Origin: the human T2T-CHM13v2.0 reference genome, Homo sapiens
Reading direction: 5' to 3' (one strand)
Length of the DNA stretch: 64,000 bases
NCBI RefSeq assembly: GCF_009914755.1
Contig: NC_060941.1
Shown here: piece by piece, positions 1-13,613 of the stretch
How the letters are laid out: every line of letters begins with the position of its first letter
Numbering within the stretch: position 1 is the stretch's first letter
Made by a program: the position numbers and the translations under genes
The notes under the pieces: generated by a model
Databases searched by the model: none
What the model saw: the letters and a program-made list of their open reading frames with translations, nothing else
Told to the model about the DNA's origin: nothing

Positions 1-295
1 ATGTGTGTGGGAGGGACCAGATGGGAGATAATTGAATCATGGGGTAGTTTCCCCCATACTGTTCCCATGGTAGTAAGTCTCACGAGAGCTGATGGTTTTA
101 TAAGGGGAAACCCCTTTTGCTTGGCTCTCATTCTCTCTTGCTGCTGCCAAGTAAGAAGTGCCTTTAGCCTTCCACCATGATTATGAGACCTCCCCAGCCA
201 CGTGGAACTGTGAGCCCATTAAACCTCTTTTTCTGTATATAAATTACCCAGTCTCAGGTATGTCTTTATCAGCAGTGTGAAAACTAACTAATACG
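1..295 (+). mobile_element. THE1 (MaLR) LTR, THE1C-like, cut by window start
   Basis: Typical THE1 text (AATTGAATCATGGGG...TCTCACGAG...CCATTAAACCTCTTTTTC...AATTACCCAGTCTCAGGTATGTCTTTATCAGCAG) ending CTAATAC. Confidence 0.85.
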
Positions 296-3200
296 GTCAC
301 CAATCTCAATGTGTTGCTTTCATACAAAGAACATTCTTTGATTCAAATGAGAAGAATATACATCAGAGTGGTCCTGCTCAGGAGAGGAAGTGGAGACCCC
401 CTTTGCTTGATGGCACAGCATAGATGATGTGTTGCCACACTCAGGTGCCCCTGGGACCAAGAACCCGAGAACCAAGTATGAGTCCTGGAGGGCTAGGGGT
501 TGATGGGCAGGGCCTTGCACTCCTTTTGGTTTTCACAAGGTTTTAGCGACATTTGGCCAAATATGAATAACAGGACAAATATTCCTTCAGCCTATTATGT
601 CTTCTCTCGTAAATGTTTCTGGATAAGGGAGCTGGCATGGGCATATTCACAAGTTGTTGACAATCTGTCTTTGAGGACTGGTTTCTAATTTTTTTTTTTT
701 TTAATGAGGGCATCCAGTCTATGTTTCTAGGGGAAAATTACATGAGATTTGGGAGTTCAAATGCCAATGATGTTTATAATTCTCAGCTAAAATGCCAGTA
801 TTTCTTTCCCTTGTCTTGAACTCTATGAATGAAAAAAAAAAATAGTGTTGGTTTATAGTATAATCCTTCCAGTTATGTTTTAAAGTTCTGCAGTACTCCC
901 AAACCCATCAGTTGAATGATCTTTTCATAAATATTATCTATCATTTATGTGTACAAAATGGCATTTTGATTAAGTTAAAGCAAAAGGTAATTTTATTACC
1001 AGAGAAAATATTCATCTCATCCCTGTCCCCTTCTCTAATCAACCTCAAATAAAACAAGACCATGTGGTCTACAGTTAAAATTGTTATAAATAATATTTAA
1101 TTAAATCAGTATCTAAAATTATTGATTTTTAAATACATATTGGAAATCTTTCTCCATGTAGCCATACCATACACATTCTTGGCTAAGAAATAATTTTGTT
1201 CTGGATGCAGGAAACCTACTTGTTCAATGCAAGCACCACTCAAATTTTCATAGGCAGATTATCTGCCGGATGAATTAGCCCAAGGAATTAAAATTAAAAT
1301 TCCTAAACTTCCTTCTGCTCAACAACCCAGAATGTTTTCCTTGGTTACATCTTTCTCATCTGATAGCTTGATTTCAAGGGAACAAAAAATCAGTTTTAAT
1401 GGGGCATTCTTTTCAAAGCAAATAATTTATTCCAAGTCAAATGCAAATTGATTTCTCACTATTTTCCTTTTATGGCTTATCTATGGCACCAACTTCCTTC
1501 ATTCGCCTAGAAAATCAAGAAGTAACCACCCAAGCCAAATACCAGGGAAGCATCTTTGTTCCTTAAATGCTGGGAAAAGTCTTAACCCTAGTCACCTTTC
1601 TTTTGGATCTAGCAGCGTCTTTCTCACTTTGATATTATTCCACCATAGAAGTCTATATTCTCAAAGAGCTGTACTGACAGCAGGGCTGTGGTTTACTTGG
1701 CAAGACTGAACTTCTCAAGGGCAGTGATACTGCTCATAATTCTTAATCATAGTCTTCACAATACTTCAGATATAGTTGAATGTTGATTGAATTTAAAAAT
1801 ACACAAAGATGTGTCCATAGTTTTTTCCAGTCCCTTACTGTCATTGGTGTATTTGGCTGAATGGTACAGAAACTCTTCCCGTGAAGGTTTAAACACCTTA
1901 CCATCATGGTTTCAGGGAAAAGTGCTCCCATCTTCCCCAAACTCAGTTCTTAGTTGCCCATCAACATGAATATTCCAGACTGAGAAATACTGGGAAAGTA
2001 TCACTTTTCTTTTTAAGGAAAATATTACTAACTTGGGTTGCCGCTGTGTGTGTAGACATTCATAGATAATAAAATTCCAACCTTCCAAATCAGGACAGGA
2101 TGATTCGTTATTCTTCTATAGCACTATCATGGAGATAAAAAGTGTGATTGGAAGAGAAAGTATTAAAAAAAACATGGAAATTCAAGATTCTATCAAATAC
2201 ACTAACTCCTGTCAGCTCTCTAAATCTTCTATTATCTGTAGTAAGTGGTAATGCTTCCCTGCTAAGAGGCCTTGAGAAGGCACACACTAATAGAAAGTTA
2301 ATCTCATGTGACAAGCAACATATAGCTTAAGGTATTGTCTCAAGATGCTATCTATCTGGATCTTCCTAGGAAGATCTTTTGTCTTATATTTTAAGGCCTT
2401 CTTAATTTATCTATATCCACAGGGAAAATGGGAATTGAGACATCAGCCAATAACACTTACTTTATTTTCCTTTCCAATAAAGATGTCCTGAATTTTCATT
2501 GCAACAGCTTAAAACAGAAACCCAATCACTTAAAGGTCAAAGAAGTTGTAGACACTATCCAGGGAGTTTCTGGTCTACGAGTAAATCACATCTGTGAGTT
2601 CAGTGATTCCCAGCAGATTGAATAGACTAATAAATAGACTCTCTGTAAATTGCCAAAGAGGACAGTTTGCAGGCAGTACTCACAAATGGGAAAATAGCAA
2701 CAGAGAGACAGGAGTTGGATTTCTGTTGGCATACCGTAAATGCCAAATTTTGAGAAGGTCAAAAGTCATGACACATATGCCTTCCACAAATTACATTTGT
2801 TTTGAAATGCACAGTTAGGTTCAACCAAAGCAGCTCCCATACAAAACTACATGGGAGCTACTAAAGATTAGTCATAGGTAACCTGGCATTCAGAAACACC
2901 ATGGAGAGTGTTATCATTCTGTTGAGAAACACAAAGCAGGTAACTAGTACAAAATGACTTCTATTCTTAGCAATACTTGTAGTTCCTCTGGGCAGTTCTA
3001 TCATGTCTCCTTGAAGGTAATGAAGGTCAAGGCAATTAGATGCTAAAACAGAATTCTGAAACAAGTCTGGGAAATTGCCAATTTTATAATTAATGGCGGG
3101 GGAAAAAAATGCCAGTTAACTCTCTCCCCATTTGGGTCTACACTTGAAAGATGATATTAATCTACATAAGATAATTCCACTTTCCATTCGTTATTTGGTT

Positions 3201-4976
3201 TGGCTAAGACTGTAGTCATAGCTACATGCACTGTGATTAAAAACTAAACAATACCACCTAGTATGAAAGGAGGTTTAGAAACACAGCTTCTTTTTATCCT
3301 CATAGCAATCCACTGATGTGCATTTTCAGATGGGCAAACAGAGGCTCAAAGACGTCGATTAGTTGGTGCAAACGTGCACAGTCTTACTAGCAATCAAGCA
3401 GGTACTTAAACTTAAATCCTTATGTATCAGAATCTAGGTCTCAATTTTTGAAACTTAAGGTCTCAATCTTCAAAATGCATAAGAATCAATTGAGGACCAA
3501 TCAAATCAGGATTGGGGTGAAACTCAAGAATCTACAAGTGCAAGATGTTCTCTTAGAATCTGAAAGAAAATAGTTGACTACACTTTAAAAAACACCACTA
3601 TACTATACTGCTTGTAGGGATATCTACATGAGGTGTTGGAGGTTATGAATATGTAGCTTGAGGTTATGCCTAAATAGCTGGGGACAGCTATTTAGGCAAA
3701 CCTGCATCATGAATACATAATTGCCCTCCTCAGAACTCATTCATTTAAAGGACCATTTACTTGAGTTTTGTACATCTAGCAATAGAGACCTCAAAGTAGG
3801 AAAGTTGCAGAATAGCACAATTTTTAACATTTTCTTTCCAAAGTTATTGAAAATATTAAGATAAAAGAAAGATTGTTAAAACAGACATTGTTACACAAGC
3901 CAAGAAATAAAGGTATTAACAGTTTAATATGGTTTGGAATGGGAAAGAGACAAAAGGAGGCACCAAAAAGGGGAAATGCATTTGGTGCCCATTTAATGCT
4001 AACTCTGCTTCATCCCTGATTTGTTACCCACTGTTTTCATGATTTCTCCAATTGCTCTCCAGTGGCCAAATGTGATCTGACTCCCTCTTCTCCCTCCCAC
4101 CTCCTTGTTTTAAATGAGATCTGGTTTTACTTAGATGAATTAAATGTCACTATATTTGTTTTTGTAAATTGTTCCAGCAAAAATTACAGCATCGATGGCT
4201 GACTTTAAATGTCTGTACGACTGTCTGCCTTGCTGGGCTATTTATAGCTGCCTTTTAAAAAGTCTAATAAATGCTTTTAGATTGCTATTGATTTGTTTCC
4301 CCTTTACAAAGCCTCAGAATTAATATTCTTCAAAGTATTAACTGAAAACACCTTTTTTCTTTCTGCAAAAGTCATGCATGTTTACTGTTAAATTTTAGAG
4401 AATATAAGTATGTGAACAGAAGAAAAAAGGGAAAACTAATCACATCAAAATTAACATTTTGTTGTATATGATTCTGTTTTTTCTCCATTTTTAAATATAT
4501 TTAAACTTAAAAAATTTTATTGTATGAGAGTTTTTATAGCCCTGTTTTTACTTTCATTTAAAAGGCCCACATTTTTTTCCCGTCACTCTTCTACTCCATT
4601 ACTTTTAATGGCTATAGAGTAATCATATGATTGTACCATTACCTATGAAATCAACCTCTCATTTATAAAATAGCTAATTCACATCCAGATTTTGTCACTA
4701 CAAATAGCCCTCCAATGTAGTCGTGTCTTTGTATTCATCCGTAATAATTTCTTTAGAAAAAAATTGCTGAGAACGGAATTGCTGCATTGGAGGTTGTACC
4801 AGATTCATAGACTATTGTCACACATAGCTAGCTTACCTCCAGAAATAGTTCAAATTAAATGTATACATTTGAATATATCTTTAAAGTGACAATATAATAA
4901 CACATTAATATTGGGGGAGTCACATTTCTAGTAATTCAATTATAGCCTTAACAAATTTAATTAAACACTTTTACAC

Positions 4977-5800
4977 AAACAGACACTTTTCAAAAGAAGA
5001 CATACAAGCAGTCAACAAACATGAAAAAATGCTCACTATCACTAAGCATCAGAGAAACGCAAATCTAAACCACAATGAGATACCATCTCACACCAGTGAG
5101 AATAGCCATTATTAATAACTTTAAAAACAACAGATGTTAGCGAGGCTGCGGAGAAAAGGGAGTGCTTATACAGTGTTGGTGGGAATGTAAATTAGTTCAG
5201 CCACCGTGGAAAGCAGTTTGGAGATTTCTCAAAGAACTTAAAACAGAACTACTATTCAAACCAACAATCCTGTTACTGGGTATATATTCAAAAGAAAACA
5301 AATCATTCACCAAAAGTCTCATGCACTCACATGTTGATAAAGGCACCATTCACAATAGCAAAGGCATAGAATCAACCTAAGTGCCCATCAATGGTGGACT
5401 GGATAAAGAAAATGTGGTCAATATACACTATGGAATACTACACAGCCATAAAAAAGAACAAAATAATGTCCTTTGCAGCAACATTTACGTAGCTGAAGGC
5501 CATTATCCTAAGTGAATTAACACAGGAGCAGAAAACCAAATACTGCATGTTCTCACTTAAAAGTGGAAGCTAAACATTGGATACTCATGAACATAAACAT
5601 GGCAACAACAGACACCGAGGACTACTAGAAGGGAGAGCGGGCAGGGCTTCAAGGTTTGGAAAACTAACCTCAGCATCACACCAAACCTCAGCATCACACA
5701 ATATACCTGAACCAAACCTCAGCATCACACAATATACCTGAATAACAAACTTCGACATGGACCCCAGAATTTAAAAGCTGAAAAAATAATAATAATATAA
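4977..5800 (+). mobile_element. Old L1 3' fragment (ORF2 C-terminus and 3'UTR; roughly L1PA16/L1PB age)
   Basis: GAGATACCATCTCACACCAG motif; decayed ORF2 peptide CWWECKLVQPPWKAVWRFLKELK (ORF 5162-5380); A-rich tail. Confidence 0.85.
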
Positions 5801-6024
5801 AATTTCATACTGAACTCCGTTATCAGTCCTGAGGAAGACGATAACATAAAAACAAGTAGTATCACCTTTGTGTTTTCTGTTTATAAGCTGGTATCTGCAA
5901 CAGGGAGATGTAGGATAAATGGGTGTTTGGAGAACTGTCAACACTGATGTTTTTATAGTCTTAGGAGTACTAACTCTCTTATGAGTGATGAAATTTCCTT
6001 GAGGATAAATATCATCTTTGTATT

Positions 6025-6200
6025 ATTCAATTATTTATTCATCTATTTCTTCAAAATATAATTAGTAAGTGCCTATATATCACATATTGCTTTAGCTGTT
6101 AGGGATACAGTGGTAAATAAGACAAGCATGGCCCTCGTGGAGCTTACAATTTATTTCACAGAACAATCTAATCAACAAAAAAGTTAATCAGTAGCAGAAA
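6025..6200 (-). mobile_element. L2 remnant
   Basis: ATTCAATTATTTATTCAT...AGTGCCTA...GGGATACAGTGGTAAATAAGACA...CCCTCGTGGAGCTTACA resembles the L2 3' end. Confidence 0.6.
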
Positions 6201-6217
6201 CATCCTTGGGCTTTAGA

Positions 6218-6332
6218 GCAGGGTGTGGCAAACTCTTCTGTAAAGACTCAAAGAAACTAGGATAATATTTAAGGTAGTAAATATTTTAAGCTTTGTGGAC
6301 CACATGGCCTCTGATGCAGCTACTCAACTTTG
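6218..6332 (+). mobile_element. MER58 (hAT-Charlie) left half; right half at ~9645-9762
   Basis: CAGGGTGTGGCAAAC terminus; GTAAATATTTTAAGCTTTGTGGACCACATGG; continues at ~9680 with GGCTGTATTCCAATAAAACTT. Confidence 0.7.
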
Positions 6333-6450
6333 TAAGTTTGTGTGATGCAGGGGAGGGAAGACTTTCCCTCTAGCCTCAAGTTCAGTAATTCAGTAGAACT
6401 TATGATTGTTCAGAACTTGAGTCTATAAAATAAGCTGACAAGAGGCAGAT

Positions 6451-9174
6451 TTTATCAGTCCATTCTTACATTGCTATAAATATCTGAGACTGGGTAATTT
6501 AAAACCTAGGTGATTTAAACCTGTTTTAAAGAAAACAATAACACAGGGACACAGAGAGGGGAACATCACACACTGGGGCCTGTCGGGGGTTCGGGGGCTA
6601 GGGAAGGGATAGCATTAGGAGAAATACCTAATGTAGATTACGGGTTCATGGGTGCAGCAAACCACCATGGCACATATATACCTATGTAACAAACCTGCAT
6701 GTTCTGCACATGTATCCAAGAACTTAATGTATCATTTAAAAAAAGAAAAATAAATAAATAAACAAATAAATGCTGAAAAAAAAGAAAAGATGTTTAATTG
6801 GGTCATAGTTCTGCAGGTTCTCCAGGAAGCATAATGCCAGCACCTGCTTCTGGGGAGGCCTCAGGAAACTTACAAAATGGTGGAAAGTGAAGGGGGAGCA
6901 GGCACATCACATGGTGAAAGCAGGAGCAAGTGAGAGAGAGAATTGAGGAGGGAGGTGCCACCATTTTTAAATGACTAGATCTCATAAAAACTCACAATCG
7001 TAAAGACAGCACCAAGCCATGAGAGATGCGCCCCCATGATGAAAACACAAAACACCTCCCACCAGGTCCCCCTCCAGCACTGGGGAATACATTTCAACAT
7101 GAGATTTGGGTGGGGACAAATACCCAAACTATATTATTCTGCCCTGGACCACCCCAAATTTTATGTCCTTCTCCCATTGCAAAATACAATCATTCCTTCC
7201 CCCAAATTCCCAAAAGTCTTAACTTATTCTAGCATTAACTCAAAAGTCTGAAGTCTTATCTGAGACAAGGCAAATCCCTTCCACCTATGACAGGTTAGTT
7301 ACTTCCAAGATACAATAGGGGCATTGTACAAACAGGCGTTGGATAAACATTCCCATTCCAAAAGGAAGAAATTAGTCAAAATAAAAGCTCTACAGGCCCC
7401 ACACAAGTTTAAAACTTAGCAGGGCAGTCATAAAATCTTAATGCTCCAAAATAATCTCCTTTGACTCCATGGCCCACATCCAGAGCACGCTGGTGCAAGG
7501 GGTTAGGTTCACAAGGCCTTGGGCAGTTCCACGTCTGTGGCTTTACAGGGTTTAGTCCCTGAGACTGCTGTCACAGGTTGTTGAATGCATGTAGCTTTTC
7601 CATGTGCAAGGTAGAAGTTGCTGGTGGATCTACTCTTCTGGTGTCTGGAGGATGGTGACCCTTTGTCACATCTCCACTAGGCAGTGCCCCAGTGGGGACT
7701 GTGTAGGTGGGCTCCCACCCATGTTTCCCCTCTGCCCTTCCCTAGTAGAGGTTCTCTGTGGAGGCTCCACCCCTGCAGCAGGCTTCTGTCTGGGCACCCA
7801 AGCTTTCCCATACAGCCTCTGAAATCAAGTAAGAGGCTACCAAGCCTCATAACTCTTGCATTCCATGGACCTGCAGGCTTAACACCACATAGAAGTCACC
7901 GAGGATTATGGCTTGCACTCTCTGAAGCAGCAACTCAAGCAAGCTGTGTCTGGGGCCCTTTGAGCTAAGGCTGGAGCTGGAGTGACCTGGATGCAGGGAG
8001 CAGTGTCCCAAGTCTGCACAAAGCAACAGGGCCCTAGGCCCTGCCCACAAAACCACTATTTTCTCCTAGACCTTTGGGCCTGTGATGGGAGGGGTTTTCT
8101 AGAAGATTTCTAAAATTCCTTTGAGGCCTTTTCCCATTGTGCTGGATATTAGCACTTGGCTCCCTTTTAGTTATGCACATATCTCTAGCAAGTGGTTGCT
8201 CCACAGCCTGCTTGAATTTGGCTCCCCAAAAAGCCTTTCCTTTTTTGCCATGTGGCCAGGCTGCAAATTTTCCAAACTTTTACACTCTGCTTCCCTTTTA
8301 AATATAAGTTCCAAATTTAGGTCATTTCTTTGCTCTTGCCTCTGAACATAGGCAGTTAGAAGCAGCCCTGGTATATCTTGAACAATTTGCTGCTTAGAAA
8401 TTTCTTCTACCAGATACCTAAATTATCACTATGAAGTTCACACTTCCACAGATCCCTAGGGCAGAGGCACAATGCAGCCAAGTTCATGCATGAGTCACCT
8501 TTGCTCCAGTTCCCAATAAGTTCCTCATTTCCATCTGAGACCGTGTCAGCCTGGACTTCATTTTCTGTATCACTATTGGCATTTTAGTCACAACCATGTA
8601 ACACTAAGCAATTCCAAACTTTCCCTCATCTTTCTGTCTTCTTCTGAGTCCTCCAAACTCTTCCACCCTCTGTCTGTCATTCAGTTTCAAAGCCACTTTC
8701 GCATTTTCACGTGTCTTTGTAGCAATGCCCCACTCTCAGTACCAATTTTCTATATTAGGTTCTTTTTGCATTGCTATAAATACCTGAGACTGGGTAATTT
8801 ATAAAGAAAAGAAGTTTAATTGGCTCACGGTTATGCAGACTGGACAGTAAGCATAGTGCCCGCTTCTGCTTCTGGGGTTGCCTCAGAAAGTTTACAATCA
8901 TGGAGAAAGGTGAAGGGAGAGCAAGCACTCCACATGGTGAAAGCAGAAGTAAGCAAAAGAGAGAGAGAAGTGTCTGGGGGGAAAGAGAGATGCCACACAC
9001 TTTTATATGACCAGACCTTGCAAGAACTGGTCGTGGTCATGAAGACAGCACCAAGCCATGAGAGATCTGTCTGCATGATCCAAACCACCTGGCCCCACGG
9101 CAACCCCACCTTCAGCATTAGGGATTACAACTCAACATGAGATTTGGGCAGGGATAGATATCCAAACTGTATCA
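6451..9174 (-). mobile_element. Full-length MaLR element (MSTA-like): 5'LTR 8751-9174, internal ~7137-8750, 3'LTR 6451-7136
   Basis: Two similar LTRs flank MST-int sequence; 5-bp TSD CAGAT at 6446-6450 and 9175-9179. Confidence 0.9.
6536..6780 (+). mobile_element. L1PA7/8-like 3' end inserted in the MST LTR
   Basis: GGGAACATCACACACTGGGGCCTGTC...GGGATAGCATTAGGAGAAATACCTAATGTAG; A-rich tail; AAAGAAAA on both sides. Confidence 0.85.
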
Positions 9175-9644
9175 CAGATTAACAGGAGAAAGTGTATATG
9201 CATTTATCAAGTGCATTTTCTTTTATAGGAAAGAAAAGTGAATACTCAAGAAACCAGTTAGACTTAAAAGCTTATTACCCCCTCTTTATAAGGGAGAAGA
9301 GAGTGGGGATGCAGACAAGTTAGGGGGTATAAATGATTTGGGGGAAAGATGATGGGGTCCATAGAAGAAGAGGTGACAGTCTGTGACAAAGTTTGTCTGG
9401 GTGTGGCATGAACTTCCACTTACCCCTTCTGGGATATGAGTTAATCTCTGGTTGATAAAACTGGAGGATGGCAGGGGTATCAATGACAATTAAGAAGTTC
9501 TTTTTGGAGGATCTGTCCCTAGGCAGATAAGAGGATCCCAGAGAAAGACTCTGCCTGCATCTGTTGTCCCACAGAAACTCCAGTTTAATGTAATCAGCTA
9601 CCAAAGTGGCATATTTTGGGGTGGCATTTCCTGAACATTTTCAG

Positions 9645-9762
9645 GAACAATATGTAGCCGCAGACCTTAAACAATGGTCTGGCTGTATTCCAATAAAACT
9701 TCATTTACAGAAACAACTCAATACTCAGATTTGGCCCTCAGGCTGCAGTTTTCTGACCCCAG
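9645..9762 (+). mobile_element. MER58 right half
   Basis: GGCTGTATTCCAATAAAACTTCATTTACAGAAACA...GATTTGGCCC...GTTTTCTGACCCC. Confidence 0.7.
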
Positions 9763-9974
9763 TGTTTGTTAGTGAAAAAGGAAGATACGGTGAAGATCTC
9801 TACCTATCACAGAACGGTGAGAAGAGTAGTAGGAAATACTTTAGAGAGAGGGCCAGATGTTAGATGTATCAATCTGCTTACCATACAGATTATGCAAATT
9901 ATTCTAATTGCAATGGAAAGAAACTGGAGAGTTTTAAGCAAAGAGTGACATGTTTTGGCTTTGTTTTAAAAGAG

Positions 9975-10303
9975 GGCTGCGTGTAGTGGGTCACACCTGT
10001 AATCCGAGCACTTTGGGAGGCTGAGGCCAGCAGATCACTTGAGGCCATGAGTTCAAGACCAGCTTGGCCAACATAGTGAAACCCCTAGTGAACATTTTGC
10101 TGCTTAGACATTTCTCTACTGAAAAAAAAAATACAAAAAATTAGCTGAGTGTGGTGGCACATGCCTGTTGTCCCAGCTACGAGGTTGAGGTATGAGAATT
10201 CCTTGAATCTGTTAGGCAGAGGTTGCAGTGTGCCAAAATTATGCCACTGCACTCCAGCCTGGGCAACAGAGCAAGACTCTGTCTCAAAAGAAAAGAATAG
10301 AAA
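9975..10303 (+). mobile_element. Old Alu (AluJ/early S) with an internal non-Alu insertion
   Basis: Diverged dimeric Alu with extra ~27 nt at 10086-10112. Confidence 0.9.
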
Positions 10304-10452
10304 ATAGACTGACGTGTAGGAAGGGCAAAAATAGGAGACCTCTTAGGAAGTTGTTGCCATGGCCTACTGAAGACAGTGGTTTTGACAACAGTGAGAATTG
10401 AGTAGATTTAATATCTACTTAGAAGTGAACTAAAGGGCTTGCTGGTAGTTGA

Positions 10453-10828
<376 letters not shown>

Positions 10829-13311
10829 TAATTAAATTTTCACTGATTTTTGTTGTTGATATTGTTCAAGCAACAGAAATTATCCCTGGTTAACACCAGC
10901 AGAAGAAAACATTATTGGAAAGATAACAGTTTGGCTTATAGCATCAAATATAAGAAGATACAATCTGATTTGAGCAGAAACAAGAGGAAAGGCAAAATAA
11001 CAATCCTGTCTCAGAGACTGCCTCGTAGGGAGCTGTGACTTGCCTCTCTCTTTCAACACCTAGATGTACACCACCTCACCACTGGCCTCTTGACTGCCTG
11101 CCATTCCCTTAAATAACAGGAGTCAGTAACTCTGCGTCGCTTCCTCAAGATTCAGCCTAGTTCGTGAAGTTCTGATTGGCCACTCCTAGATCATGTGGCC
11201 CTGCCGCACATGAAGGGTGAGAAAGCACTGTAATGAGAGGTGGCTTCTGATACCTTCTCTGGCCTCATCCTAATCCCAGTCATGATCATCTCTTACCTCA
11301 TTGTTGAAACAGCTTTCTGGTTTACCTCCCTCCTTCTGCTCTTAAATTTCCCCCAACTGATTTTCCAATGGACAGCCGGCATGATCTTGTTCAAATGCAA
11401 AAGTTATCATGCAATGCCCTTGGTTCAGATATTTCAACAGCTTTCACTGTTCTTGGGAGAAATATCCAAATCTTTACCTACGAGATATTTTATGCTCTGG
11501 CTCTCTCTTTCTAGCCTCAATTCTCCCTCATTTCAACCCATGCCCACACTCAGGTCTTTGGAAAGCATGTCCTATGCACCTTTGAAAAGATATTGAAAAG
11601 ATAACAGTTTAGCTTATAGCATCAAATATAAGAAGATAGAATCTGATTTGAGCAGAAACGAGAGGCAAGAAACCTTTGCATGAGTCATGCAGCCTTTGCA
11701 AATATTGTTTTCTCTGCCTGGGAAACATTTTTGCTTCCTCTTCTTATTGAGTTAATTCCTCTTCCTCTTTCAGATTATAGCTTGGACATATATCTCTCCC
11801 AGACTAGATAAGGCCCTGTATGATAAGCTATCAGAGGAGAGAGATTTATTGAAGTTAAGGGATAAGGATGACTATAAATAAAAGAGAGCTTCCCAGGTGC
11901 TAGCTATTATGCGCTTTCATTTTATGTCATTTATTCCTCATAAAAACATTTTGAGACAAATTGACTATTGTCCCCATGATTTCAATAAATACAATGAGGC
12001 TTACAGATGCTGATTCCATGCAGCTAAGATGTGGCAAAAAAAAAAATTATAATAATGAGAATCCAAGTCTTTGATCTTCATATTCCTGCCCTTTGACTAT
12101 TCTGCTGTTAGACCACATTCTGGAGCTTGGACTGTAACCACGGTAGCAGAAGGAGAGATACTTACATTTCAGGTTTAGAAATGATTGCTCTGGATGAAAG
12201 AGGCAATAAATGAGTTGAAAGGCTGTTATGTAAACCAGGTGAAGCCAGGTGAGAGATCAGGAAAGCCTGCATTCAATGATAAAATGCAGATGCGTTCCTG
12301 TAATGATAACTTCTTATGGAAACCAGGTCTTAAAATTAGCTTAGAAAGAGGGAGGCTGCAGCCAAATCACACCTATCAATAGTGCTCTCACTTAACAACC
12401 AGATAGTGACTGTACCTCAAACAAACAAAATAAGATAGGGAGCAAGGTCTGAGTTGAGAGCATTTTAACCTAAGGCTCGGAATGAAGAGCTCACTCTGAA
12501 CTTGAATGTCAGGCCCTAGGCCAAACCTTCTTGGATGGCCCTGGTTCAATAGTAACCTCCCTCCTTGCTCCAGGCCCTTCTCCATAGTATCACTTTCTTT
12601 TGTGTCCTCCATGATAGTTACTGCTATCAGAGATTGTTCCTTTGTATGGTTTTCATGTTTGTTGATACCCGCCTCTCCAATGTAAACTGCAATTCTGTTT
12701 TCCGGTGCCTAAAAGTGGATGGGTCTGTCACATAGTAGGAACTCATTTTTTAAAAAAAAACTGAATGAAAAGAAAACAAGAATGAAAATAATTAGTAGCA
12801 ACTACTCCCAAGGGGAATGTAGAGGCTGTTGGGGGAAGTGGTTTCCTTATACAATGAAAGGAGGCTGAGCTGTGGTCTTTTACAGGAACATCAGATCTCG
12901 TGTTATCTGACTTCTTTGCCAACCCAGATCCAGCTCAAGGTAAAAATCTAAGCAACTTGGGCTAACATCCAACCAAGACAGGGATGGGCAGACTGATTTT
13001 CAAGATAAGAATAAGAGAAAGTTTCAGAACCGTCTTAGTAAAACATGTACACACAATTTAAGACAAAGAATAAGCATGATAATCACCTTGTGGATTTCTT
13101 TAGCCTGTTAACTTTGCTAATCTTGTCAGTCCTGTCTCCTTTAGGCTCGTTCCTAAAGTAATACATAGCAAAGGAGTAAGCAGTGATAAAATTTTTAAAC
13201 TGAGTTGAATAGATGGGTGTGTGTTTGTGTGTGTGTGTTCAGATATGGGTGTTGACAACAAGGAGCAGGGGATCTCCCATGTAGTGATGGTTGTAAAAAG
13301 AAAGGAAAGTT

Positions 13312-13613
13312 GGCTGGGCACAGTGGCTCACATCTGTAATCCAACACTTTGGGAGGCCGAGGCTGGAGGATTGCTTGAGGTCAGGAGTTCAAGACCAGCC
13401 TGGGCAACACAGCGGGACCCTATCTCTAAAAATAAATAAAAAATTAGCCAGCCATAGTGGCACACATCTACAGTCCCAGCTACTTACTTGGGAGGCTGAG
13501 GTGGGAAGATGGCTTCAGCTCATGAGATCAAGGCTGCAGTGAGCTCGGATCATGCCACTGCACTCCAGCTTAGGTGACAGAGCAAGATCCTGTTTCAAAG
13601 AAAAAAAAAAAAA
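13312..13613 (+). mobile_element. AluJ
   Basis: GGAGGATTGCTTGAGG and GATCAAGGCTGCAGTGAGC (J-type text); A tail. Confidence 0.9.

Larger units (their letters stand above)
6343..9643 (-). mobile_element. ERV1 MER4-group LTR (MER31/MER67-like), split by an MST element
   Basis: Minus strand begins TGAAAATGTTCAGGAAATGCCACCCCAAAATATGCCACTTTGG; the halves rejoin as GAGGCAGAT|TAACAGGAGAAA once the MST is removed. Confidence 0.6.
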
